Origin: a virus
Taxonomy: Duplodnaviria > Heunggongvirae > Uroviricota > Caudoviricetes
Virus record (IMG/VR): IMGVR_UViG_2711768056_000004
Location: 1-13,804 of that record
DNA length: 13,804 nucleotides
Reading direction: 5' to 3' (one strand)
Part shown: piece by piece, positions 1 through 7,011 of the stretch
Layout: the number at the start of each line of letters is the position of its first letter
How positions within the stretch are numbered: position 1 is the first letter of the stretch
The notes under the pieces: model-generated
The model's database searches: none
What the model saw: only the letters and a program-made list of their open reading frames with translations
Told to the model about the DNA's origin: nothing
Position numbers and translations under genes: made by a program

Positions 1-14
1 TGCAGGGGACACCA
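1..14 (+). tRNA. argW: 3' terminal fragment of a tRNA-Arg gene (argW-like), truncated by the window start; presumed prophage attL core
   Basis: The window opens with TGCAGGGGACACCA, which reads as T-stem 3' half + acceptor 3' strand + discriminator + CCA. It matches my recollection of the 3' end of enterobacterial tRNA-Arg(CCU) argW, and a P4-type integrase follows directly, as in the argW-intS arrangement. Only 14 nt are visible, so the cloverleaf cannot be folded. Confidence 0.5.
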
Positions 15-175
15 TTTATCAGTTCGCTCCCATCCGTACCAGTCCGCAAAATCCCCTGAATATCAAGCCTTCCGTAGATTAACAGTTCGTAATGGTTCGC
101 GTCAGATCGTTGACAGCCGCACTCCATGACGGGTAAAAAGTGGATAAAATAATTTTACCCACCGGATTTTTACCC
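15..175. other. attL arm between the tRNA 3' end and int; candidate integrase arm-binding region
   Basis: Non-coding stretch directly after the tRNA CCA end and before int. Contains a direct repeat TTTTACCCA at 153..161 and 168..176 abutting the int ATG, and CAGTTCG at 22..28 and 93..99. The function of these repeats is inferred, not demonstrated. Confidence 0.35.
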
Positions 176-1333
176 ATGCTCACCGTTAAGCAGATTGAAG
201 CAGCAAGGCCGAAAGAAAAACCATACCGCCTTCTCGATGGTAATGGCCTGTACCTTTATGTCCCTGTATCCGGGAAAAAGGTATGGCAGCTTCGCTACAA
301 GATTGACGGTAAGGAGAAAATCCTGACCGTCGGAAAATATCCGCTTATGACTTTGCAAGAGGCAAGGGATAAAGCATGGACTGCGAGGAAAGACATCTCG
401 GTTGGCATCGATCCGGTAAAGGCGAAAAAGGCTTCGTCTAACAACAATTCCTTTAGTGCGATTTACAAGGAATGGTACGAGCACAAGAAGCAAGTCTGGT
501 CAGTAGGCTATGCAACTGAACTTGCCAAAATGTTTGATGACGACATTTTACCCATCATCGGCGGTCTTGAGATTCAGGATATTGAGCCGATGCAACTGTT
601 GGAAGTAATCCGCAGATTTGAAGATCGCGGTGCAATGGAGCGAGCCAACAAAGCCCGCAGAAGATGCGGCGAGGTTTTCCGTTACGCTATTGTCACTGGT
701 AGGGCTAAATATAACCCGGCACCTGACCTTGCTGACGCCATGAAGGGATACCGCAAGAAGAACTTCCCGTTTCTTCCTGCAGACCAGATCCCTGCATTCA
801 ACAAAGCACTGGCAACATTTTCAGGAAGTATCGTATCGCTCATTGCGACCAAAGTTTTACGCTACACAGCCCTAAGAACGAAAGAGCTTCGTTCCATGCT
901 ATGGAAGAACGTCGATTTTGAAAACAGGATTATCACCATCGACGCCAGTGTGATGAAAGGACGCAAAATTCATGTGGTTCCTATGTCAGACCAGGTGGTT
1001 GAACTTCTCACTACGCTAAGCTCAATCACCAAACCAGTATCAGAGTTTGTTTTTGCCGGGCGCAACGATAAGAAGAAGCCAATCTGCGAGAACGCGGTAC
1101 TGCTTGTGATCAAACAAATCGGCTATGAGGGTCTGGAAAGCGGTCACGGATTCAGGCATGAATTCAGCACGATTATGAACGAGCACGAATGGCCTGCTGA
1201 TGCTATTGAAGTGCAACTGGCACATGCCAACGGCGGATCTGTGCGTGGGATTTACAACCATGCTCAGTATCTCGATAAGCGCAGAGAAATGATGCAGTGG
1301 TGGGCGGACTGGCTTGATGAAAAGGTGGAGTGA
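176..1333 (+). CDS. int: Tyrosine site-specific integrase, P4 / IntS-like family
   Basis: 385-codon ORF from ATG 176; the ORF track's 397-aa version starts at an upstream in-frame GTG at 140. N-terminus MLTVKQIEAARPKEKPYRLLDGNGLYLYV...KKVWQLRYKIDGKEK...GKYP is the P4-integrase-type N-terminal domain. C-terminal part carries tyrosine-recombinase signature segments (ALRTKELR, HGFRHEF, RGIYNHAQY). Sits immediately downstream of a tRNA 3' end. No clear Shine-Dalgarno precedes either candidate start. Confidence 0.9.
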   Translation: MLTVKQIEAARPKEKPYRLLDGNGLYLYVPVSGKKVWQLRYKIDGKEKILTVGKYPLMTLQEARDKAWTARKDISVGIDPVKAKKASSNNNSFSAIYKEWYEHKKQVWSVGYATELAKMFDDDILPIIGGLEIQDIEPMQLLEVIRRFEDRGAMERANKARRRCGEVFRYAIVTGRAKYNPAPDLADAMKGYRKKNFPFLPADQIPAFNKALATFSGSIVSLIATKVLRYTALRTKELRSMLWKNVDFENRIITIDASVMKGRKIHVVPMSDQVVELLTTLSSITKPVSEFVFAGRNDKKKPICENAVLLVIKQIGYEGLESGHGFRHEFSTIMNEHEWPADAIEVQLAHANGGSVRGIYNHAQYLDKRREMMQWWADWLDEKVE

Positions 1334-1466
1334 TCGACCTTAACCACTATCGAATGTCACAAAGCCTTGTGTATCTCAGTTTTGTCTCATCAACCACAGC
1401 AAGTCATCGATCGATTGATGCTTGGATGATAGACTTCATGCCTTTGATTATTAGCTGATAGAAGAA
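1334..1466 (+). promoter_or_regulatory. int-gtrA intergenic region; presumed gtr operon promoter/regulatory region
   Basis: 133-bp non-coding gap upstream of gtrA containing a perfect 10-bp palindrome ATCGATCGAT (1406..1415) with an embedded GATC. No convincing sigma70 -35/-10 pair could be assigned by eye. Confidence 0.3.
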
Positions 1467-1829
1467 ATGTTAAAGCTATTTGCAAAGTACACCTCGATTG
1501 GTGTGCTGAACACACTTATACATTGGGTGGTTTTTGGTGTATGTATCTATGCCGCGCACACCAATCAGGCTCTTGCAAACTTCGCAGGTTTCGTTGTGGC
1601 TGTGAGCTTTAGCTTCTTCGCGAATGCAAAATTCACATTCAAAGCTTCGACTACAACGATGCGCTACATGTTATATGTAGGATTCATGGGAACACTGAGT
1701 GCTACTGTTGGATGGGCTGCCGATAAATGTGCACTTCCTCCAATTGTCACTCTTGTCACCTTCTCCGCCATCAGCCTAGTGTGCGGTTTCGTCTATTCAA
1801 AGTTCATTGTCTTTAGGGATGCGAAATGA
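1467..1829 (+). CDS. gtrA: GtrA-family bactoprenol-linked glucose translocase (flippase), O-antigen glucosylation
   Basis: 120-aa small hydrophobic protein with four predicted TM segments ([73 protein letters not shown]). Size and sequence are typical of GtrA. Stop overlaps the gtrB start (ATGA at 1826..1829). Confidence 0.9.
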   Translation: MLKLFAKYTSIGVLNTLIHWVVFGVCIYAAHTNQALANFAGFVVAVSFSFFANAKFTFKASTTTMRYMLYVGFMGTLSATVGWAADKCALPPIVTLVTFSAISLVCGFVYSKFIVFRDAK

Positions 1830-2755
1830 AGATATCTCTGGTCGTTCCTGTCTTCAACGAAGAGGAAGCGATACCTATTTTTTATAAAACGGTACGTGAA
1901 TTCGAAGAGTTGAAGCCATATGAAGTGGAAATTGTTTTTATAAATGATGGTAGCAAAGACGCTACGGAGTCAATCATTAACGCTCTGTCCGTTTCAGATC
2001 CTCTAGTTGTTCCGCTGTCATTTACACGAAACTTTGGTAAAGAACCAGCCCTGTTTGCAGGGCTTGATAATGCAACCGGGGAAGCGGTCATTCCAATTGA
2101 TGTTGATCTGCAAGACCCTATCAATGTCATCCCTCACCTCATTCAAAAATGGCAGGATGGCGCTGATATGGTTCTGGCTAAGAGAACAGACCGATCTACC
2201 GATGGAAGGCTAAAGCGCAAATCGGCTGAGTGGTTCTATAAGCTACACAACAAGATTAGCAACCCAAAAATCGAAGAGAACGTGGGTGATTTTCGCCTGA
2301 TGTCGCGAGAAGTTGTTGAAAACATTAAATTGCTTCCTGAGCGCAATCTTTTCATGAAAGGCGTCTTGTCATGGGTTGGCGGTAAAATTGATGTTGTTGA
2401 GTATGCAAGAGCTGAACGCGTTGCCGGCAACTCAAAATTCAATGGGTGGAAGCTATGGAATCTGGCACTGGAAGGCATAACAAGCTTCTCAACTTTCCCA
2501 TTGCGCATGTGGACATACATCGGACTTGCTGTCGCCAGCCTGTCATTCATTTATGGCGCGTGGATGATTTTAGATAAGATTCTTTTCGGTAATAGTGTTC
2601 CTGGATACCCGTCACTGTTGGTTTCCATACTTTTCCTTGGCGGCATTCAATTGATTGGGATTGGTGTCCTTGGTGAATACATTGGACGCATATACATAGA
2701 AACCAAAAAAAGACCAAAGTACATACTAAAGAAAGGTGAAAATAGGAATGTTTAA
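1826..2755 (+). CDS. gtrB: GtrB-family bactoprenol (undecaprenyl-phosphate) glucosyltransferase, GT2
   Basis: 309 aa. N-terminal GT-A/GT2 catalytic domain ([23 protein letters not shown]-type motif [10 protein letters not shown]) followed by two C-terminal TM helices ([21 protein letters not shown]; [25 protein letters not shown]). Translationally coupled to gtrA. Confidence 0.92.
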   Translation: MKISLVVPVFNEEEAIPIFYKTVREFEELKPYEVEIVFINDGSKDATESIINALSVSDPLVVPLSFTRNFGKEPALFAGLDNATGEAVIPIDVDLQDPINVIPHLIQKWQDGADMVLAKRTDRSTDGRLKRKSAEWFYKLHNKISNPKIEENVGDFRLMSREVVENIKLLPERNLFMKGVLSWVGGKIDVVEYARAERVAGNSKFNGWKLWNLALEGITSFSTFPLRMWTYIGLAVASLSFIYGAWMILDKILFGNSVPGYPSLLVSILFLGGIQLIGIGVLGEYIGRIYIETKKRPKYILKKGENRNV

Positions 2756-4163
2756 TTCTAAATATTTTTACATACCATTATCAATTATATTTATATTTTG
2801 TTACCCAATAGTGTCTGCTGATGTCCTTTATAGGGATGATGTGGCAAGGTCTGTATATTCATTTTCTGCATGGGGAGGGCTTGGTAGGCCACTTTCTGAT
2901 TTTGTAATGCATATTTTTTCTCTTAATTTTGATTTATTACCAAGCGCTGCTCCTCTTCCGTTGTTCTTTGGTATATTCATTGCATCAGCAATAATTTATT
3001 ATATTTGTAATTATCTTGTTGAAAAAGAAGACTCTCTGCAGATATCCATTATGCTCACAATCATTTTTGTGAGTCCATTGTTTATACAAAACGTGTCTTT
3101 TCAATTTGACGCATTAACGATGATTTTAGCAAATTCATTATGTATGCTGTCATTCTTTGTATTTGACATTAGATCATTTCCAAAGTCATTATTATCCATT
3201 GTTTCTTTATTTTCATGCTTAAGCTTATACCAGCCTTGCGCAAACATATTTATATCATTAATTGCATACAATGCTTTATTTGGTAATGGGAAAAACAAAT
3301 CATATCATCTTGCACTGACATTCGTAGTAACATATGCATTATATTATGTCACTATGTTTTATATAATGAAATATGGTGCTGACAATAGATCTATAATGGT
3401 GTCATTCGCAGACATACCATCATCTCTTTATGAATCTATTAATAAGACTTTTAAATATATAGAACCCATTGGGATATCTTTTTTGATTCCTGTTTACATT
3501 GGATTGTTATCCTATTTTGTTTGTTATGTTAAAAAGGTCAAACATCAGTTATCCCTAGGGTTTTTAGAGTGCTCATCCAATTTATTATCACCATTAGCGC
3601 TATTATTAGCATTGCCTGGACCAGCATTTTTATTAAAGGAAGGGATTACAGATATAAGGGTTCTATCAGGCGCGTCAGCATCCATAGCGATAGTTATTTT
3701 TTCCATATATAAATTATTCGGAAAAAAATCTTTTTATTTTATTTCTGTAGTAATGTTGTTTATCACCATAACCACTTCATTCCAATTTTCAAATGCCATA
3801 AAAGAGCAAAGGAAATATGAGGAATTTGTCATGGAGATGGTGGCTAATGATTTGGGAAGGCTTGACTTTAACGGCGAGGTATACACTTATGGAAGGATAT
3901 ACGACTCTCCTATTACTTGGAAAATGATTGAGGCAACACCGTTCCTCAAATTTGTGTATAGCCCTGCTGTACCATGGATTGCTGTATCAATGATGCAGCA
4001 ATTAAGTGTTAAGAATTTGGCACCATGGATAAAAACAGTACAAGTTAACAAGTTAAATGAGGTTTGTGAAAAAAAATCATCACCAATAATAAAAACAAGA
4101 TATTATAATGTATTTAAAATTGGTGAAGATATTATCGTCGTGTATGGCGATAGAGTTTGTTAA
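2748..4163 (+). CDS. gtrC: Serotype-specific O-antigen glucosyltransferase (third gene of gtr operon, GtrC / Gtr-type); polytopic membrane protein, specificity undetermined
   Basis: 471 aa from ATG 2748, with AAGGTGA 8 nt upstream; the ORF track starts at in-frame GTG 2736. Overlaps the gtrB 3' end. Highly hydrophobic multi-pass protein with a less hydrophobic C-terminal ~100 aa. Strongly AT-rich compared with gtrB and the late genes, as is typical for the horizontally exchanged type-specific gtr gene. Confidence 0.8.
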   Translation: MFNSKYFYIPLSIIFIFCYPIVSADVLYRDDVARSVYSFSAWGGLGRPLSDFVMHIFSLNFDLLPSAAPLPLFFGIFIASAIIYYICNYLVEKEDSLQISIMLTIIFVSPLFIQNVSFQFDALTMILANSLCMLSFFVFDIRSFPKSLLSIVSLFSCLSLYQPCANIFISLIAYNALFGNGKNKSYHLALTFVVTYALYYVTMFYIMKYGADNRSIMVSFADIPSSLYESINKTFKYIEPIGISFLIPVYIGLLSYFVCYVKKVKHQLSLGFLECSSNLLSPLALLLALPGPAFLLKEGITDIRVLSGASASIAIVIFSIYKLFGKKSFYFISVVMLFITITTSFQFSNAIKEQRKYEEFVMEMVANDLGRLDFNGEVYTYGRIYDSPITWKMIEATPFLKFVYSPAVPWIAVSMMQQLSVKNLAPWIKTVQVNKLNEVCEKKSSPIIKTRYYNVFKIGEDIIVVYGDRVC

Positions 4164-4173
4164 AATTAAAAAA

Positions 4174-4198
4174 GGCCCAAAACATCGGGCCATTTTTT
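4174..4198. terminator. Bidirectional rho-independent terminator between the convergent gtr operon and tailspike gene
   Basis: Hairpin GGCCC (4174..4178), 8-nt loop, GGGCC (4187..4191), flanked by an A-run (4168..4173) and a T-run (4193..4198). Lies 11 nt after the gtrC stop and overlaps the tailspike stop codon. Confidence 0.7.
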
Positions 4199-6065
4199 AT
4201 GTGTAGTTAGCAATAAGTCTGCAAAACCATTGAGTGCCGCCGTTTATTGTTGAAAGCCTAAATACCTGCGTTCCTGAAAATGAAAGCGACGGTGTATTTG
4301 ATGCAAGTTTAACGTTAGACCCGAATGTTATTGTTTTTGATGCCGCCGAATAAACAGCTAATGTAACTTCTACATACCCAGTTAACGCATTTGACAATGC
4401 TGCTGGGGTTATTGTTACATCGCCAGTTACCGTTGCTGACACATACGCTGCATTAGAAAAGTCAGGCGCATACGATGCACCGGGGGTGTCAAATTTCGGA
4501 GACGCTACAAGCAGGGGAACACCTACGCTTCTCCTAAAAATTGTGCTATTGCTAAACATATCGTACTCTATCCCAACAAAGTTCTTAGCTGCCAGGATGT
4601 TTGTAAACGACTGGTCTATAGAGTAAATATGGTTTATCAACCTTGCTGTCCATGCTGGTGAGTTTGAGTTTCCACACTCAACAAATGAGCAGTTAACGCT
4701 ACCAACGGCAAACGGCATTAATGATGCAGTGTAAGAAGACAGTCCCGCAGCATTGAATGCATTCATATTCACGAATGTCTGACATTGAGAAAACGTATTA
4801 CCCGATGCTCCCGAATCGACAAAGAAACCAATACCGCCGTTAATATAACCATCTACCGAATCTAAATTAGCCTTCGTGTAGTCCCATTTTGACGGAGAGT
4901 CTGCAAAGCATTGGTTGAATGAGTTGTTTATCGAGTTTTGCACAACAAAGCAACACTTCATTCTTGAGTTTTGGTCAGCTACCGAGTCGTCATACATACC
5001 CCAGTTATGTACTTTATCGATACGATTGTTACCGCCACCCCTCACCCACGTCCCAAATCGGAAATAACGACCTTCACCCATGCTTACCTGATGGTCGCTG
5101 CCTTCAATAATATGGGCTTGACTTAGGGGGTTCGTAGGTTTTAATACACCTACCGCGTAAAACTTCATGAGATGAACACCCATGCCGCCAGCGATATGAA
5201 TGCCATGACCATCAACGTTGGCTACGTAAATACCATCTAACTTGTTGGCATAACCATCAGATATTTTAAATCCATTAACAGTCTTTGCGCGGGCGTCAAT
5301 TAAAAGATTGCTAATGTGCCCAGCGTATTGATTACCTGTTCCTTTATCGCATTTAACAGCATACCCAGAAGAATCCGCTATGAAGTCATCCGTGAGATAT
5401 ACCCCTCCAAATTCTGCATCTATGCTTACATCACCGTAAACATGTAATGTTGTGTTTATGGGGTATTTCTTTCCATTTAATCTGACAACTTTGCATACAG
5501 TATTTGGTTGTATCCAGTCTGGATGACCAGCAGCAGTGCTTGGGGAGTGCTCTAGCCCGGTTAAAGATGCGGCATAATCAATCGCATCCTGTAATGTTGT
5601 ATACATATCAGGATTGACGAATATAACATTTTTTAGCGTACCCCCAACCGTATCATCTGCGTAATCAACTGATTTATCGAATCCAACTAATCCAGCGCCA
5701 TTGCTCCCTTCAAGCTGTTGCCTTAACTGATCTGGGTCGTATTTTGCAATGTCAGGGAAGTAGAACTGCTGCGATCCATAGGCGTCGTAAACAGCCATGC
5801 TGTAATTCTGCACAGTAACGAACTTTGATATCTGCCCGTTGTAAACAGGATACCCACCCGCGTTAATGACTATCGGCTGAGCAGTTGGAATCAGATCTCC
5901 AGTTTCACTTTCAATATAAACAGGGATTTGGTTCGCTGGGATTGTAGGATCGGTATCTGGTAGCCCAAGATAGATTTTACCGTTGGCATTTGCTTTAAAT
6001 GAGCGTGCCAGCGTGAAAAGCTGCGAAGGCATCCCTACCACTAAGTTTGCGGTGATATCTGACAT
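4197..6065 (-). CDS. Tailspike protein (P22 gp9-like N-terminal head-binding domain fused to a divergent receptor-binding/O-antigen-depolymerase domain)
   Basis: 622 aa from the ATG at 6065, which has GGAG 7 nt upstream on the - strand. N-terminus [52 protein letters not shown]...VINAGG..VYNGQ...YDPDQ closely matches the remembered P22 tailspike head-binding domain. The remaining ~500 aa show no resemblance to the P22 catalytic domain. The ORF track's 638-aa version adds 16 codons that I consider non-coding. Confidence 0.88.
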   Translation of the reverse strand: MSDITANLVVGMPSQLFTLARSFKANANGKIYLGLPDTDPTIPANQIPVYIESETGDLIPTAQPIVINAGGYPVYNGQISKFVTVQNYSMAVYDAYGSQQFYFPDIAKYDPDQLRQQLEGSNGAGLVGFDKSVDYADDTVGGTLKNVIFVNPDMYTTLQDAIDYAASLTGLEHSPSTAAGHPDWIQPNTVCKVVRLNGKKYPINTTLHVYGDVSIDAEFGGVYLTDDFIADSSGYAVKCDKGTGNQYAGHISNLLIDARAKTVNGFKISDGYANKLDGIYVANVDGHGIHIAGGMGVHLMKFYAVGVLKPTNPLSQAHIIEGSDHQVSMGEGRYFRFGTWVRGGGNNRIDKVHNWGMYDDSVADQNSRMKCCFVVQNSINNSFNQCFADSPSKWDYTKANLDSVDGYINGGIGFFVDSGASGNTFSQCQTFVNMNAFNAAGLSSYTASLMPFAVGSVNCSFVECGNSNSPAWTARLINHIYSIDQSFTNILAAKNFVGIEYDMFSNSTIFRRSVGVPLLVASPKFDTPGASYAPDFSNAAYVSATVTGDVTITPAALSNALTGYVEVTLAVYSAASKTITFGSNVKLASNTPSLSFSGTQVFRLSTINGGTQWFCRLIANYT

Positions 6066-6153
6066 TTCATTGCTCCAGACGAATGATATGATGCAACCAT
6101 GATGTGATTGCATACAGAAATGGTACTATTGAGTATTTATCCAGTAGGTTACG
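6066..6153. promoter_or_regulatory. Divergent tailspike / mnt intergenic control region with candidate operator
   Basis: 88-bp gap between divergent starts. Inverted repeat ATGCAA (6091..6096) - N11 - TTGCAT (6108..6113), plus direct repeat TGATnTGAT at 6083..6091 and 6101..6109. Positioned like the P22 immI Pant/Pmnt operator region, but operator identity is inferred. Confidence 0.4.
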
Positions 6154-6453
6154 ATGCCATTCCACCCAACTGGTGAGGCATCAAGGATGTACAGCAAATA
6201 CGACGAGGCGCAGTTTCACTTGAGACTTCCGCATGAACTCCACGAGAAAATTAAACAGCGTGCGAAGATGAATAACAGGTCGCTGAACTCAGAGATAATT
6301 GCAGCGATTGAAGAATCATTGAATAAACAAAGCTCTGCATCAGTTTGCATTGACGATGCAGATCGTATGGCAGAACAACAATCTGATATGGTTAAGAAAA
6401 TGGTTTTTGAAACGCTTAAGACCATGTATAGCAATAATAAAAAGGAAACATAG
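6154..6453 (+). CDS. mnt: Mnt-like ribbon-helix-helix (Arc/MetJ family) transcriptional repressor
   Basis: Translation FHLRLPHELHEKIKQRAKMNNRSLNSEIIAAIEESL...DADRMAEQQSDMVKKMVFETLKTMY aligns along its length with remembered P22 Mnt (FNFRMPMEVREKLKFRAEANGRSMNSELLQIVQDAL...DAERLADEQSELVKKMVFDTLKDLY). Start is ambiguous: ATG 6154 gives 99 aa, ATG 6187 gives 88 aa, closer to the 83-aa Mnt. Confidence 0.8.
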   Translation: MPFHPTGEASRMYSKYDEAQFHLRLPHELHEKIKQRAKMNNRSLNSEIIAAIEESLNKQSSASVCIDDADRMAEQQSDMVKKMVFETLKTMYSNNKKET

Positions 6454-6523
6454 AAATCTAGTTTCCGGCTAAAATGGCATTGCTTTCATGATATCCTGTG
6501 AAAAACTAAGGAGAGTTAACCAT

Positions 6524-7009
6524 ATGAAAAAATCACTGTTAATTATCCCGCTTCTGCTGGTTGGATGCGCAAAAGTAAGTGACTATCAAGCAAGTTGCGA
6601 ACAACGCTATCAAAAGCTTAGCGATATGGCTAATTGCCTTGATGCCAGAGTGAAGAACGACTCACGCATGGCATCAGCACCAACACCTAAGCTATATGTC
6701 CTTGCTGCAAAGATGCTCGGGCAAGGTGTCGATGAAGGCAAGATAAGTGACGCACAGGCAAGACTTGAGCTTCAGAATCTTTATGTTCAATTACAAAGCC
6801 AAGAACAAGCCCAACAAATAGCACAAAGCCAAGCATTCCAGCAGGCTTTATTGAATTATCAGGCTGTAAACACAATGCAAGCGATCGAGCAAAAAGCGCG
6901 CCAGCCTGTTATAACTCAACCTTACCCAACGCGTGTTGACACCTATACAAACTGCAATTCAGGATTTGGAAATACCGTCACATGCAACAGTAGCAGCAAC
7001 ATTAGATAA
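6524..7009 (+). CDS. Predicted lipoprotein with Q-rich coiled-coil-like segment and Cys/Asn/Ser-rich C-terminus; function unknown (moron; candidate superinfection-exclusion factor)
   Basis: 161 aa from ATG 6524, with AAGGAG at 6508..6513. The ORF track's upstream start at 6488 adds 12 residues before the signal peptide. MKKSLLIIPLLLVGC is a signal peptide with a lipobox (LVGC). Followed by a Q/A-rich stretch (LQNLYVQLQSQEQAQQIAQSQAFQQALLNYQ) and tail TYTNCNSGFGNTVTCNSSSNIR. Co-oriented 70 bp downstream of mnt. Confidence 0.6.
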   Translation: MKKSLLIIPLLLVGCAKVSDYQASCEQRYQKLSDMANCLDARVKNDSRMASAPTPKLYVLAAKMLGQGVDEGKISDAQARLELQNLYVQLQSQEQAQQIAQSQAFQQALLNYQAVNTMQAIEQKARQPVITQPYPTRVDTYTNCNSGFGNTVTCNSSSNIR

Positions 7010-7011
7010 AG

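Noticed and set aside
140-175. GTG-initiated 12-codon extension of the integrase (MDKIILPTGFLP)
   Set aside because: P4/IntS-type integrases begin at the MLT.K.I.AA motif corresponding to ATG 176. Neither start has a good SD, so the shorter conserved form is preferred, but the longer form cannot be excluded.
1332-1415. Dam/OxyR-dependent phase-variation switch upstream of gtrA (as in Salmonella gtr operons)
   Set aside because: Only two GATC sites (1332 and 1409), about 77 bp apart, and no recognisable paired OxyR half-sites. The characteristic four-GATC architecture is not present.
3722-4076. Homopolymeric A tracts in the type-specific gtr gene (A7 at 3722..3728, A8 at 4069..4076) as slipped-strand switches
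   Set aside because: The gene is about 70 percent AT, so short A-runs are expected by composition. Tracts are below the length usually associated with high-frequency slippage, and the reading frame is intact.
170-5110. Short ORFs inside or antisense to int, gtrB, gtrC and the tailspike (170..493, 1040..1261, 1882..2130, 2007..2213, 2236..2550, 3101..3298, 4919..5110)
   Set aside because: Each is fully contained within a larger gene that has clear family signatures. None has independent support.
6066-6113. 16-codon N-terminal extension of the tailspike ORF ([16 protein letters not shown]...) given by the six-frame track
   Set aside because: The conserved tailspike N-terminus begins at MSDITAN (ATG at 6065), which has a GGAG ribosome-binding site 7 nt upstream. 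The extension has no counterpart in P22 gp9 and would overlap the divergent regulatory region.
6114-6153. Searched for arc and ant homologs between mnt and the tailspike
   Set aside because: There is no coding capacity: mnt and the tailspike start are separated by under 90 bp, and no Arc-like or antirepressor-like ORF occurs in any frame in 6066..7011 other than mnt and the lipoprotein gene.
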